A DNA stretch of 64,000 nucleotides from an uncultured Clostridia bacterium (GCA_934162615.1 CAKPJK010000001.1:29754-93753); one strand, 5' to 3'; numbered from the stretch's first letter, positions 28,440 to 37,735 are shown. A program made the numbers and translations. Notes: a model not told the origin generated them from the sequence alone.

Positions 28440-31400
28440 TTAAACTTTTTCAGTAGTTTCAATATTTTTTTCTACATCTTTATTTTCAATCTCCAAAGAC
28501 TTTTTCTCATTTTCCTGACGTTGCAAATTATCCTTAGCAACAGTCATCAACAATTTAATTCTATTAGCCTGGTTAGTCTCACTAGCACCTGGGTCATAAT
28601 CAACAGGAGAAATATTAGCCTCCGGATATTTTTCTCTAATTGTTTTGATAACACCTTTACCAACAACGTGATTTGGTAGACAAGCAAAAGGTTGAACACA
28701 TATGATATTTGGAATATCATGTTCCATATATTCAATCATTTCTGCAGTTAAGAACCAACCTTCACCAGTTTGATTTCCAATAGATAAAACGTCTTTTACT
28801 TTATCTTCTAAGTGCCAAATATCACAAGGTTGTAAATATCCTTTTTTAGAATTTGCCAATGCAATCTTTTCATCTTTTTCTAATATATCGATTAATTTTA
28901 TTGCTATTTTACTTATTTTTGCAGATGTTTTATTTATATTTAATAAACTATTAAATGTAATTTTATGTGTTGCCATAAATTTAACAAATCCCATAAAGTC
29001 TGGTAAAATAACTTCTGCTCCTTCTTTTTCAAGCATTTCTGCTGCGTAGTTATTTCCAAATGGATGGTATTTAATTAATACTTCTCCAACGATTCCTACT
29101 TTAGGCTTTTTAATAGATGTATCTAATTCAATTTTTTCAAAATCATTTACAATATCATAAATACTTTGCTTAAATTGTTTATTTGTTGACTTTTTAACCA
29201 TTTGTTTACATTTAGCCATCCACTCGTCATATAGTTTTTGAGTTTCACCTTTGTTTACTTCATATGCTCTGTTTTTTGTAAGCATTTTTTGTAATAAATC
29301 ACCATAAACAACAGATTTTATTAATCCTTCAATTAATTTTGGTGTTATTTTAAATCCTGGCATTTTTTCCATACCAACAACATTGAATGATATTACTGGT
29401 ACATTGCTAAATCCTGCGTCTTTAAGAGCTTTTCTTATGAATCCTATATAGTTTGTTGCTCTACATCCACCACCTGTTTGTGACATGATTAATGCAGTTT
29501 TATTTAAATCATATTTTCCAGATTCAAGAGCTTCAATCATTTGTCCTGTTACTAAAATTGATGGGTAACAAGCATCGTTATTTACATATTTTAAACCTGT
29601 TTCTACGGTATGTTGAGTGCATTCTCTTAGTAATACAGCATTATAACCTGCGGCTTGTACGGCAGATTCCAATAAATCAAAATGTACTGGTGCCATTTGA
29701 GGGATTAAAATTGTGTAATCTTTTTTCATTTCTTTTGTAAAGATTTTTTTCTTTAATCCGTAGTCACCATCGGCTTTTTCTTCTTGTTTTTTTGCTATAC
29801 GTTTATTCATACTTGCTAGAAGTGAACGAATACGAATTCTTACAGCGCCTAGGTTATTAACTTCATCTATTTTTATTAGTGTGTACATTTTATCATAACT
29901 TGACAAAATTTCTTCAACTTGGTCTGTTGTTACTGCGTCAACACCGCATCCAAATGAATTTAATTGTACTAATTCTAAGTTATCATGTTTACCAACAAAG
30001 TCTGCTGCTGCGTAAAGTCTTGCGTGGAATACCCATTGGTCCACAACTCTTATTGGACGTTTTGCTTCTGTTTTGTCAGATACGCTGTCTTCTGTTAGAA
30101 CACATAATCCTAATGATGTAATTAAAGTATCTATACCATGGTTTATTTCTGGGTCGATGTGATAAGGTCTTCCTGCTAAAACAATTCCTCTTAGGTTGTT
30201 TTCTTCAATATATCTTACGGTTTCTGTACCTTTGTCTCGTATGTCTTTTTTACATTTTTGATATTCTGCCTCTGCTTTTTCTGCAGCTTCTAATAATTCT
30301 TTTTTAGTAAAGTTATATTCTTTGAATTCATCTAATTCCATTATTTTTTTAACTAGATTTTTAGTTTCAAATGGTAAGAATGGATTCATAAATTTTATAT
30401 TATGTGTTTTTAAATTTTCAACATTATTTTTTAGTACTTCTGAATATGAGATTACTATTGGACAATTGTAGTGGTTGTCTGCTTTTTTATATTCTTTTCT
30501 TGAATAAGGCATACAAGGGTAGAAAATAGTTTTTATTCCTTTTTCAATTAAGTTTTCAATATGTCCATGAGAGATTTTTGCTGGATAACATACGGATTCA
30601 GATGGCATAGATTCCATTCCTTTTTCATATGTTTTTCTTGTACTTTTATCTGATATAATTACCCTAAAGCCTAGACTTGTGAGGAATGTGAACCAGAATG
30701 GATAATCTTCATACATATTTAAAACTCTTGGAATTCCTATAGTTCCTCTAGTTGCATATTGTTCTTCAAGTGGTTTATAATCAAATATTCTTTGATATTT
30801 GTATTGTACTAAGTTTGGTAAATTCTTTTTATTTGTTGTAATACCTGCACCTTTTTCACAACGGTTACCAGATACGTGTATTGCACCATTGCTAAATTTA
30901 TTTATTGTTAATTTACAATGATTTTCACAATTGTTACATCTTGCATGAGTTACTTTAATTTCTAATTTATCTAATTCATCTGCTTTTAAAATAGTTGATT
31001 TGTATTCCATATCTAGGTTTGATTCATATTGTTCTTTTGAAAGTAAAGCCATTCCATATGCACCCATTAGACCTGCAATGTCTGGTCTTACAACATCTTT
31101 TCCAACTATTTTTTCAAATGCTCTTAATACTGCATCATTGTAGAATGTTCCACCTTGTACTACAATGTGGTCTCCCAAAGTGGCCGTATCCCTAACTTTC
31201 ATAACTTTTTGAATAGCATTTTTTATAACTGAATATGAAAGCCCACTTGAAATATCTCCTACTGTATAGCCTTCTTTTTGAGCTTGTTTTATTTTAGAGT
31301 TCATAAATACTGTACATCTTGAACCTAAATCAACTGGTCTTTTTGCTTCAATTGCTTCTTTAACAAATTGTGAAATTTCTAAGTTTAGACTCTTTGCAAA

Positions 31401-32765
31401 TGTTTCTATAAATGAACCACATCCAGATGAACATGCTTCATTTAGCATGATATTGTCTATTGCTCCATTTTTCATTTTGATATATTTCATATCTTGTCCA
31501 CCAATATCGATTATTGCAGTTACATCAGGTTCAAATTGTTTTGCAGCAGTGTAATGTGCAATTGTCTCTATTTCATTTAAATCAACATTTAGTGCTGTTT
31601 GAATTAGTTTTTCACCATATCCTGTAACACCGCTATACCTAAGGATTGCTTTCTCTGGTAGGACTTCGTATAATTTTTTTAGCATATTCATAACACTTTT
31701 TAGTGGGTTACCTTCATTGCTACCATATAATGAATATAGCAAGTTTCCATCTTTATCAATTAATACTAATTTTGTAGTTGTTGAACCTGCGTCAATTCCA
31801 ATGTAACAGTCACCTTCATATGTAGAAAGTTCAGTTCTTGCAACTTTTGCTTTGTCATGTCTTTCTTTGAAATTTTCGTAATCTTCTTTATTTTTGAATA
31901 ATGGTTCAATTGGATGTGTTGTATTATCTTGTGAATTTCTTAAATTTTCTATTTTTTGTTTCAATTCCTCAACAGTTATTGGTTTTTTATTTAGGGAATC
32001 AAGGGCTGCCCCTTTAGCTACTAATAGATGGGCTTCTTCAGGCACAATTACTTCTTCAGGTGTTAAATTAAGTGTTTCTATAAATCTTTTTCTTAATTCT
32101 GGTAAGTAACTTAATGGACCACCTAAAAATGCTACATTTCCTCTAATTGGTCTTCCGCAAGCAAGTCCACTAATTGTTTGATTAACAACTGCTTGGAAAA
32201 TTGATGCTGCAATATCTTCTTTTGCTGCACCTTCATTTATTAAAGGTTGTATATCTGTTTTTGCGAAAACACCGCATCTTGATGCAATTGGGTATATCGT
32301 TTTGTAATCTTTTGCTAATTCATTTAGACCTGCAGTATCTGTGTGTAAAAGTGATGCCATTTGGTCTAAGAAAGCACCAGTTCCACCAGCACAAGTTCCG
32401 TTCATTCTTTGTTCAATTGATTTTCCAAAATATATGATTTTTGCATCTTCTCCACCAAGTTCGATTACTACATCAGTTTGTGGAATATATTTTTCAACAG
32501 ACCTTTTGCATGATACAACTTCTTGTATGAATTCTACGCCTAAAAATTTACTTGCAGACATTGCACCAGAACCTGTTAGTGCTATTGTAAATGCGTTTTC
32601 TGGATACATTTTTGCTAAGTTTTCTAGTACATTGCATACTGTGTTTTTCGTGTCTGAAAAGTGTCTTTGATAGTCTTTATATATTGTGTTTTGATTTTCA
32701 TCCATCACTATTATTTTTACGGTTGTTGAGCCTACGTCTAATCCTACATGTAAAACTTTTTCCAT
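28440..32765 (-). CDS. Fused BadF/BadG/BcrA/BcrD-type activase (two ATPase repeats) plus 2-hydroxyacyl-CoA dehydratase-like domains
   Basis: 1441 aa. Two GLDVGSTTVK / GIDAGSTTTK acetate/sugar-kinase-fold N-terminal motifs. Cys cluster CNNCENHCKL. Large dehydratase-like C-terminal half. Confidence 0.85.
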   Translation of the reverse strand: MEKVLHVGLDVGSTTVKIIVMDENQNTIYKDYQRHFSDTKNTVCNVLENLAKMYPENAFTIALTGSGAMSASKFLGVEFIQEVVSCKRSVEKYIPQTDVVIELGGEDAKIIYFGKSIEQRMNGTCAGGTGAFLDQMASLLHTDTAGLNELAKDYKTIYPIASRCGVFAKTDIQPLINEGAAKEDIAASIFQAVVNQTISGLACGRPIRGNVAFLGGPLSYLPELRKRFIETLNLTPEEVIVPEEAHLLVAKGAALDSLNKKPITVEELKQKIENLRNSQDNTTHPIEPLFKNKEDYENFKERHDKAKVARTELSTYEGDCYIGIDAGSTTTKLVLIDKDGNLLYSLYGSNEGNPLKSVMNMLKKLYEVLPEKAILRYSGVTGYGEKLIQTALNVDLNEIETIAHYTAAKQFEPDVTAIIDIGGQDMKYIKMKNGAIDNIMLNEACSSGCGSFIETFAKSLNLEISQFVKEAIEAKRPVDLGSRCTVFMNSKIKQAQKEGYTVGDISSGLSYSVIKNAIQKVMKVRDTATLGDHIVVQGGTFYNDAVLRAFEKIVGKDVVRPDIAGLMGAYGMALLSKEQYESNLDMEYKSTILKADELDKLEIKVTHARCNNCENHCKLTINKFSNGAIHVSGNRCEKGAGITTNKKNLPNLVQYKYQRIFDYKPLEEQYATRGTIGIPRVLNMYEDYPFWFTFLTSLGFRVIISDKSTRKTYEKGMESMPSESVCYPAKISHGHIENLIEKGIKTIFYPCMPYSRKEYKKADNHYNCPIVISYSEVLKNNVENLKTHNIKFMNPFLPFETKNLVKKIMELDEFKEYNFTKKELLEAAEKAEAEYQKCKKDIRDKGTETVRYIEENNLRGIVLAGRPYHIDPEINHGIDTLITSLGLCVLTEDSVSDKTEAKRPIRVVDQWVFHARLYAAADFVGKHDNLELVQLNSFGCGVDAVTTDQVEEILSSYDKMYTLIKIDEVNNLGAVRIRIRSLLASMNKRIAKKQEEKADGDYGLKKKIFTKEMKKDYTILIPQMAPVHFDLLESAVQAAGYNAVLLRECTQHTVETGLKYVNNDACYPSILVTGQMIEALESGKYDLNKTALIMSQTGGGCRATNYIGFIRKALKDAGFSNVPVISFNVVGMEKMPGFKITPKLIEGLIKSVVYGDLLQKMLTKNRAYEVNKGETQKLYDEWMAKCKQMVKKSTNKQFKQSIYDIVNDFEKIELDTSIKKPKVGIVGEVLIKYHPFGNNYAAEMLEKEGAEVILPDFMGFVKFMATHKITFNSLLNINKTSAKISKIAIKLIDILEKDEKIALANSKKGYLQPCDIWHLEDKVKDVLSIGNQTGEGWFLTAEMIEYMEHDIPNIICVQPFACLPNHVVGKGVIKTIREKYPEANISPVDYDPGASETNQANRIKLLMTVAKDNLQRQENEKKSLEIENKDVEKNIETTEKV

Positions 32766-32986
32766 AATTTATTTCTCCTCTCGCTCGTTTAAACATCCCA
32801 TGTATAAATTACTGTTTTTTTGTTAGGGCTATGAGGTTTTTTAAATAATTTATACACCCTAATTTTATACGGAAAATGACCATTTGTCAAATGTAAAAAA
32901 ATGGAAATAGCCACTAAATTTTTGCATATTTTGGACAAACAAATAATACTATTGAATATAAAAATAAGTGAAATGGGGAGGACGCT

Positions 32987-33526
32987 ATGAAAAATAAAAA
33001 AATTTTAATTTTATTTATAATTTCAGTAATTTTAATTGTAGTTATAGGATATTTTGCAATTAAATTTGTTAAACAAAAGAAGAGCAATGAAATTCAAAAC
33101 GAATATGTTCCACAAGAGGAAATATCTGATGAGCAGTCAAGAGAAACAATTGTGAGTTTATATTTTGCAGATAAAGAAACCGGTCTTTTAAAGCCAGAGG
33201 CAAGACTTGTAAATGTAAAAGATTTAATAAAATCACCTTATAATACTTTGGTTGAGCTTTTAATTTCTGGTCCTAAAAATGATAAATTAAAAGTTGTTAT
33301 CCCTGAAAATACTAAACTTTTAAATGCTTCATTAGATAAAGAATGTTTAACTTTGGATTTTTCTTCTGAGATTTTGAATTATAATAAAGATGATAGTATG
33401 CTTAAAAATAATTTAATTTATTCAATTGTTAATACTGTTACTGAGTTAAATGAGGTTAATAAGGTTAAATTCTTGGTTAATGGTCAGGCATCTAGTGATT
33501 TTGAGGAGTTTTATGTGAGAAAATAG
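32987..33526 (+). CDS. GerM-domain (germination/sporulation) lipoprotein-like protein
   Basis: N-terminal TM, then VSLYFADKETGLLKPEARLV...LISGPKN...LDKECLTLDFSSE, a GerMN-like pattern. Confidence 0.75.
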   Translation: MKNKKILILFIISVILIVVIGYFAIKFVKQKKSNEIQNEYVPQEEISDEQSRETIVSLYFADKETGLLKPEARLVNVKDLIKSPYNTLVELLISGPKNDKLKVVIPENTKLLNASLDKECLTLDFSSEILNYNKDDSMLKNNLIYSIVNTVTELNEVNKVKFLVNGQASSDFEEFYVRK

Positions 33527-33571
33527 TTTGAAAAATTTGACATATGGTAAAGTATGTGTTAATATATATTT

Positions 33572-33659
33572 AGCAATTGCAAAACAAGTTTTTCAAAAAG
33601 AAATAAACAAAAAAGGACTGGGAATGTCTCTCAAAACATTTTTCCCAGTCTTTCTTTTT
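33572..33659 (+). ncRNA. Convergent small RNA (antitoxin-like) of module 2
   Basis: Promoter TTGACA (33537-42), 17-nt spacer, TAATAT (33560-65). Terminator stem 33616-33650 plus T-run. The 5' 45 nt are complementary in three blocks to the SD-proximal/start-codon region of the minus-strand peptide mRNA (33703-33742). Confidence 0.5.
33616..33650. terminator. Bidirectional terminator shared by module 2 transcripts
   Basis: GACTGGGAATG...CATTTTTCCCAGTC stem with U-runs on both strands. Confidence 0.7.
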
Positions 33660-33660
33660 G

Positions 33661-33729
33661 CTATTTGCTTAGATATTTTATTATGTAATAAATTAGTATA
33701 AGCTTTAGCAAATCTAACAAGTCTTTCAT
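33661..33729 (-). CDS. 22-aa peptide MKDLLDLLKLILIYYIIKYLSK; type I toxin candidate
   Basis: Minus-strand promoter TTGACA (33804-33799), 17-nt spacer, TAATAT (33781-33776). SD GGAAGGAGG. Paralog of the 28170 peptide. Confidence 0.5.
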   Translation of the reverse strand: MKDLLDLLKLILIYYIIKYLSK

Positions 33730-33837
33730 TTAAGAAATAAACCTCCTTCCTGCCACTAAGCAAGTCGGCGATTTAATATTAATATAAAATCTGTTTATTG
33801 TCAATAGTAAATTAATATATACTAATTTGTAAATATT

Positions 33838-34125
33838 TTAATGATTCTTTCTATTAAAAATATTTGAAACATTTTTATATAATTTAACATAATCCCAGAA
33901 ACCTTGAAAATCATTTAAAAAATGTTCAACTTCATTTAAAGAATTAATTGTATTTTTTTTGCAAGTTTTAAAATTAAGCTTTTTCTTTTTAGGAGGAGAA
34001 GGTTTTTTTGGTGGTGGCTTTGGTTTTGGAGGAGGAGGTGGTGGTGGTACTAAATTTTTGGGTGGAGGAGGTAGAGGACATTTGCAATTATTTTTATTTT
34101 TTTCACATCTATATAAAGTTGGCAT
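33838..34125 (-). CDS. Hypothetical 95-aa protein with Cys-rich N-terminus and long poly-proline/lysine tract
   Basis: ORF only. CEKNKNNCKCPLPPPPKNLVPPPPPPPKPKPPPKKPSPPKKKK, followed by a non-repetitive C-terminal 45 aa. Weak SD. The antisense ORF (Gly-rich) is shorter. Confidence 0.4.
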   Translation of the reverse strand: MPTLYRCEKNKNNCKCPLPPPPKNLVPPPPPPPKPKPPPKKPSPPKKKKLNFKTCKKNTINSLNEVEHFLNDFQGFWDYVKLYKNVSNIFNRKNH

Positions 34126-34255
34126 AGAAACACTTCTTTCTTTTATTAAAATATTTATAATATAGTATTAAATTGATGTGAAAATTGTTAATATGTAGTT
34201 AGATGAATAAATTGAAAAATTTGACATATAATAAATTATGTGCTAATATGTATTT

Positions 34256-34330
34256 AGCAATTGCAATAAATGGTTTCAAAGATAAATAAAAAAGACTAGG
34301 TGTCGCTAAACAAATCCTAGTCTTTTTTTA
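34256..34330 (+). ncRNA. Third, orphan copy of the antitoxin-like sRNA
   Basis: Promoter TTGACA (34221-26), 17-nt spacer, TAATAT (34244-49). The 5' sequence TATTTAGCAATTGCAA is shared with the sRNA at 33572. Terminator AGACTAGG...CCTAGTCT plus T-run. No adjacent peptide ORF. Confidence 0.45.
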
Positions 34331-34381
34331 TCCAAAATTGTTGTAACATTTTAATATAAAATAAAGAAGAAAGAGAAAAAC

Positions 34382-35140
34382 ATGGAAATAGAATTAAAAG
34401 AAAATGAAAGAATAGACGACTTAGAATTCAAAAACCTAAAAATAATCCAAAACACAAAAGGGTTCTGTTTTGGAATTGATGCAGTATTATTATCAGACTT
34501 TGCAAAAAATATAAAGAAAAATGCAAAAGTATTAGATTTAGGAACAGGTACAGGAATAATATCAATTTTATTATGTGGAAAAACAAACTTAGAAAAAATA
34601 GTAGGTGTAGAGGTTCAAAAAGAAGTTGCAGATATGGCAAAAAGAAGTTCAAAATTAAATAATCTAGAAAATAAATTTGAAATAATAAATGAAAATATAA
34701 TAAATTTGGACAATATATATGAAAGAAATTCTTTTGATGCTATAGTAACAAATCCACCATATAAAAAAGAAAATACAGGAATAGTAAACGAAGAAGAAAA
34801 AAAGTTAATTTCAAGACATGAGGTATTAGCAAAGTTAGAAGATTATATAAAAATATCTAATAAATTGTTAAAAGATAAAGGCGAATTTTATATGGTTCAC
34901 AGGCCAGAAAGATTAGTTGATATCATTGCATATATGAGACAATATAAAATTGAGCCAAAAGAAATAAGATTTGTATGTTCACATAAAAAAGAGCCACCAA
35001 AATTAGTATTAATTAAAGGAGTAAAAAATGCAAAACCATTTTTGAAATTTAAAGAAGATTTGTACATATATAACGATGATGGAAGTTATACTGATGAAAT
35101 TTTTGAGATATATAACAAAAGAAAAAATGTTGAAAATTAA
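34382..35140 (+). CDS. tRNA (adenine37-N6)-methyltransferase TrmN6/YfiC-like (B. subtilis yabB position)
   Basis: SAM motif VLDLGTGTGI and catalytic VTNPPYKK. Synteny with rsmI and abrB. Confidence 0.8.
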   Translation: MEIELKENERIDDLEFKNLKIIQNTKGFCFGIDAVLLSDFAKNIKKNAKVLDLGTGTGIISILLCGKTNLEKIVGVEVQKEVADMAKRSSKLNNLENKFEIINENIINLDNIYERNSFDAIVTNPPYKKENTGIVNEEEKKLISRHEVLAKLEDYIKISNKLLKDKGEFYMVHRPERLVDIIAYMRQYKIEPKEIRFVCSHKKEPPKLVLIKGVKNAKPFLKFKEDLYIYNDDGSYTDEIFEIYNKRKNVEN

Positions 35141-35227
35141 TAAAAAAATACTAAAAAAATGTAATTATTAAAAATAAAATTTTCAATTTTTTAGCAAACT
35201 TTACATGAGGAAGGAAAGAAAAAAATA

Positions 35228-36052
35228 ATGGAAAAAGGAACTTTATATATAGTGGCAACACCAATAGGAAATTTAGATGATATAACATTAAGAGCAATAA
35301 AAACATTACAAGAAGCAGATTTGATAGCAGCAGAGGATACAAGACATACGCTAAAATTACTAAATCATTTAGAAATATCAAAACCAATGATAAGTTACCA
35401 CAGACACAACGAAGAAACAAAATCAGATGTGTTAATTGAAAAATTGCAAGAAGGTCAAAACATTGCACTAGTATCAGACGCTGGAACACCAGGAATTTGT
35501 GACCCTGGAGAAGAAGTTATAAAAAAATGTATAGAATTAGGAATAAATATTGTTCCAATTCCAGGAGCATGTGCAATGATAAATTCCTTGATTTGTTCAG
35601 GAATAGACACAAAAGAATTCACATTTTTAGGATTTTTACCATTAAATAAAAAATTAAGAAAAAAGAAATTAGAAGAAATAGAAAAAGCGAATAAAACAAT
35701 AATAATTTATGAAGCACCACATAAATTAGAAACAACTTTAAAAGACCTTCAAAAAGTATTGATACAAGATAGAAAAGTCACTTTGGCTAGGGAAATAACA
35801 AAAATACATGAAGAATTTATTAGGGGAAATATAGATGAAATAATTCAAAAGGCAGAAAATTTAAAAGGTGAAATTGTATTGATTATAGAGGAAAATAAAG
35901 AAGTTGAAGAAGAAAATTCTCTAAATAACCTTACTATAGAAGAACATTATAAATTTTATGAAAAGCAAGGATTATCAAAAAAAGATATTATAAAGAAAGT
36001 TGCAAAAGATAGAAATATGAATAAAAATGATGTATATCAACAATTTATATAA
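35228..36052 (+). CDS. rsmI: 16S rRNA (cytidine1402-2'-O)-methyltransferase RsmI
   Basis: GTLYIVATPIGNLDDITLRAIKTLQEADLIAAEDTRHT N-terminus, typical of RsmI. Confidence 0.93.
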   Translation: MEKGTLYIVATPIGNLDDITLRAIKTLQEADLIAAEDTRHTLKLLNHLEISKPMISYHRHNEETKSDVLIEKLQEGQNIALVSDAGTPGICDPGEEVIKKCIELGINIVPIPGACAMINSLICSGIDTKEFTFLGFLPLNKKLRKKKLEEIEKANKTIIIYEAPHKLETTLKDLQKVLIQDRKVTLAREITKIHEEFIRGNIDEIIQKAENLKGEIVLIIEENKEVEEENSLNNLTIEEHYKFYEKQGLSKKDIIKKVAKDRNMNKNDVYQQFI

Positions 36053-36083
36053 AAATAGATATATAGGGAGCCTTCCTATATAT

Positions 36084-36335
36084 CTATTTTTTTTGTAATA
36101 TATTTAATTCATCAGAGCAATTTTTGCATACAAGTTTCCCTTTGTATTCAATTAAATCCTCTGTATTTCCACAAAAAATACAATCTGGTTCGTATTTTTT
36201 TAATATGATAGAAGAATCATCAACGTATATTTCAATAGGGTCTTTTTCAATTATATTAAACTGGTTTCTAATTTCTATTGGTATAACTACTCTTCCAAGT
36301 TCGTCAACTCTTCTTATAATTCCTGTAGCTTTCAT
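36084..36335 (-). CDS. abrB: AbrB/SpoVT-family transition-state regulator with CxxC...CxxC C-terminal tail
   Basis: Start at MKATG (SD GAGGAGG); the track start is an upstream TTG artefact. MKATGIIRRVDELGRVVIPIEIR is the AbrB swapped-hairpin motif. The C-terminus has CIFCG...CKNCS. Confidence 0.85.
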   Translation of the reverse strand: MKATGIIRRVDELGRVVIPIEIRNQFNIIEKDPIEIYVDDSSIILKKYEPDCIFCGNTEDLIEYKGKLVCKNCSDELNILQKK

Positions 36336-36388
36336 GTTTTTCCTCCTCAATGATACTTTTTAATAAATCCATTATTGATTTCATATTA

Positions 36389-36417
36389 ACTATAGCACAA
36401 ATATTTCGATTGGTCAA
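36389..36417 (-). promoter_or_regulatory. Candidate abrB promoter
   Basis: Minus strand: TTGACC (36417-36412), 17-nt spacer, TATAGT (36394-36389). Confidence 0.4.
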
Positions 36418-36561
36418 TTAAAAAATGACAAAAAATGTCAAAAATGACATAAAGGTGTTACAATTTATGGAATATGTGTAGTAACAATAAATGTGAAACC
36501 GAACTACAATTAATAAGTAATAAACAGAAAAAAAACTAATAAAATTATATAGGTGATTTGA

Positions 36562-37140
36562 ATGTTAAATATATTATGGCCATCATTTTTAATAATATCA
36601 ATAATATATGCAATTTTATCAGGAAATTTAAAAAATATAAATAATTCAATATTTGAAAGTGCAAATTCAGCGGTGAATTTATGTATCACTTTACTTGGAA
36701 CAATGTGTTTATGGAACGGAATAATGCAGATAGCCAGTAAAACAACGGCAATGAAGAAAATCACAAAGTTTCTAAAACCAATAATAAAAGTCTTATTTCC
36801 AAAAATAGAAAAAAATACTGACATATACGAAAAAATATCTATGAACATGGTAGCAAACATATTAGGATTAGGAAATGCTGCAACACCACTAGGCATTAAG
36901 GCAATGCAAACAATGCAAGATAGAAATAATAATAAAAAAGTATTAACAAATGATATGGCAATGTTTATTGTATTAAACACGGCTTCGATTCAACTTATAC
37001 CAACCACGGTAATAGCTATACGAAACTCACTAGGGTCAAATAATCCAACAGCAATTATTGTTCCGGTGTGGATTGCAACAATATGTGCAGCAATTGCGGG
37101 AATTACTGCTACAAAAATTTTTATAAAATTAGGTAAATAA
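36562..37140 (+). CDS. spmA: Spore maturation protein A (nucleoside-recognition Gate-domain membrane protein)
   Basis: 192 aa, polytopic. MLNILWPSFLII..LCITLLGTMCLWNGIMQIA resembles SpmA. Paired with spmB. Confidence 0.8.
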   Translation: MLNILWPSFLIISIIYAILSGNLKNINNSIFESANSAVNLCITLLGTMCLWNGIMQIASKTTAMKKITKFLKPIIKVLFPKIEKNTDIYEKISMNMVANILGLGNAATPLGIKAMQTMQDRNNNKKVLTNDMAMFIVLNTASIQLIPTTVIAIRNSLGSNNPTAIIVPVWIATICAAIAGITATKIFIKLGK

Positions 37141-37207
37141 AATTTATAAGCAAAATATAAAATCAAAATTATACAATATATTTTTGCAAAAAAGAGGTGG
37201 TTTTACA

Positions 37208-37735
37208 TTGAAATTTATAGAATATTTTTCTAATTTAGCAATGCCATTAATGATAATAATTATAATATTATATGGAATATTAGAAAGAAAAAAAGTATTT
37301 GATATTTTTTTAGAAGGCGCAAAAGATGGAATAAAAATTATTTACAACATTTTTCCTACATTAGTTGGATTGTTTGTAGCAATTGGAGTGCTAAGAAGTT
37401 CAGGGATAATTGATGCTGTTGTGAAATTTTTAAATCCACTTTTAAACATTGTTAATTTTCCTACAGAAATTTTGCCGCTTGCATTGATAAGACCAATTTC
37501 AGGTAGTGCTTCTGTCGCTGTAGCAACAGATATTATGAAAAATTTTGGCGTTGATTCAAATATTGGTTTAATTGCATCTGTAATAATGGGTTCAACTGAG
37601 ACTACTGTTTATACGATTGCTGTTTATACAAGTAGTGTTGGAATAAAAAAGACGAGATTTGTTTTATGGGCTGCTTTGATAGCAGATTTTGTTGGTATTG
37701 TAACAAGTATTATTGTATGTAAAATACTATTTTAA
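37208..37735 (+). CDS. spmB: Spore maturation protein B (start TTG 37208 preferred over track start 37184)
   Basis: SD AGAGGTGG 7 nt before TTG 37208. LIRPISGSASVAVATDIM motif. Polytopic. Confidence 0.8.
   Translation: MKFIEYFSNLAMPLMIIIIILYGILERKKVFDIFLEGAKDGIKIIYNIFPTLVGLFVAIGVLRSSGIIDAVVKFLNPLLNIVNFPTEILPLALIRPISGSASVAVATDIMKNFGVDSNIGLIASVIMGSTETTVYTIAVYTSSVGIKKTRFVLWAALIADFVGIVTSIIVCKILF

Noticed and set aside
33959-34165. Gly-rich plus-strand ORF (GGEGFFGGGFGFGGGGGGG) opposite the poly-Pro ORF
   Set aside because: It is the mirror image of the poly-Pro tract. It is shorter and lacks a non-repetitive domain. The minus-strand reading is more gene-like, though neither is proven.
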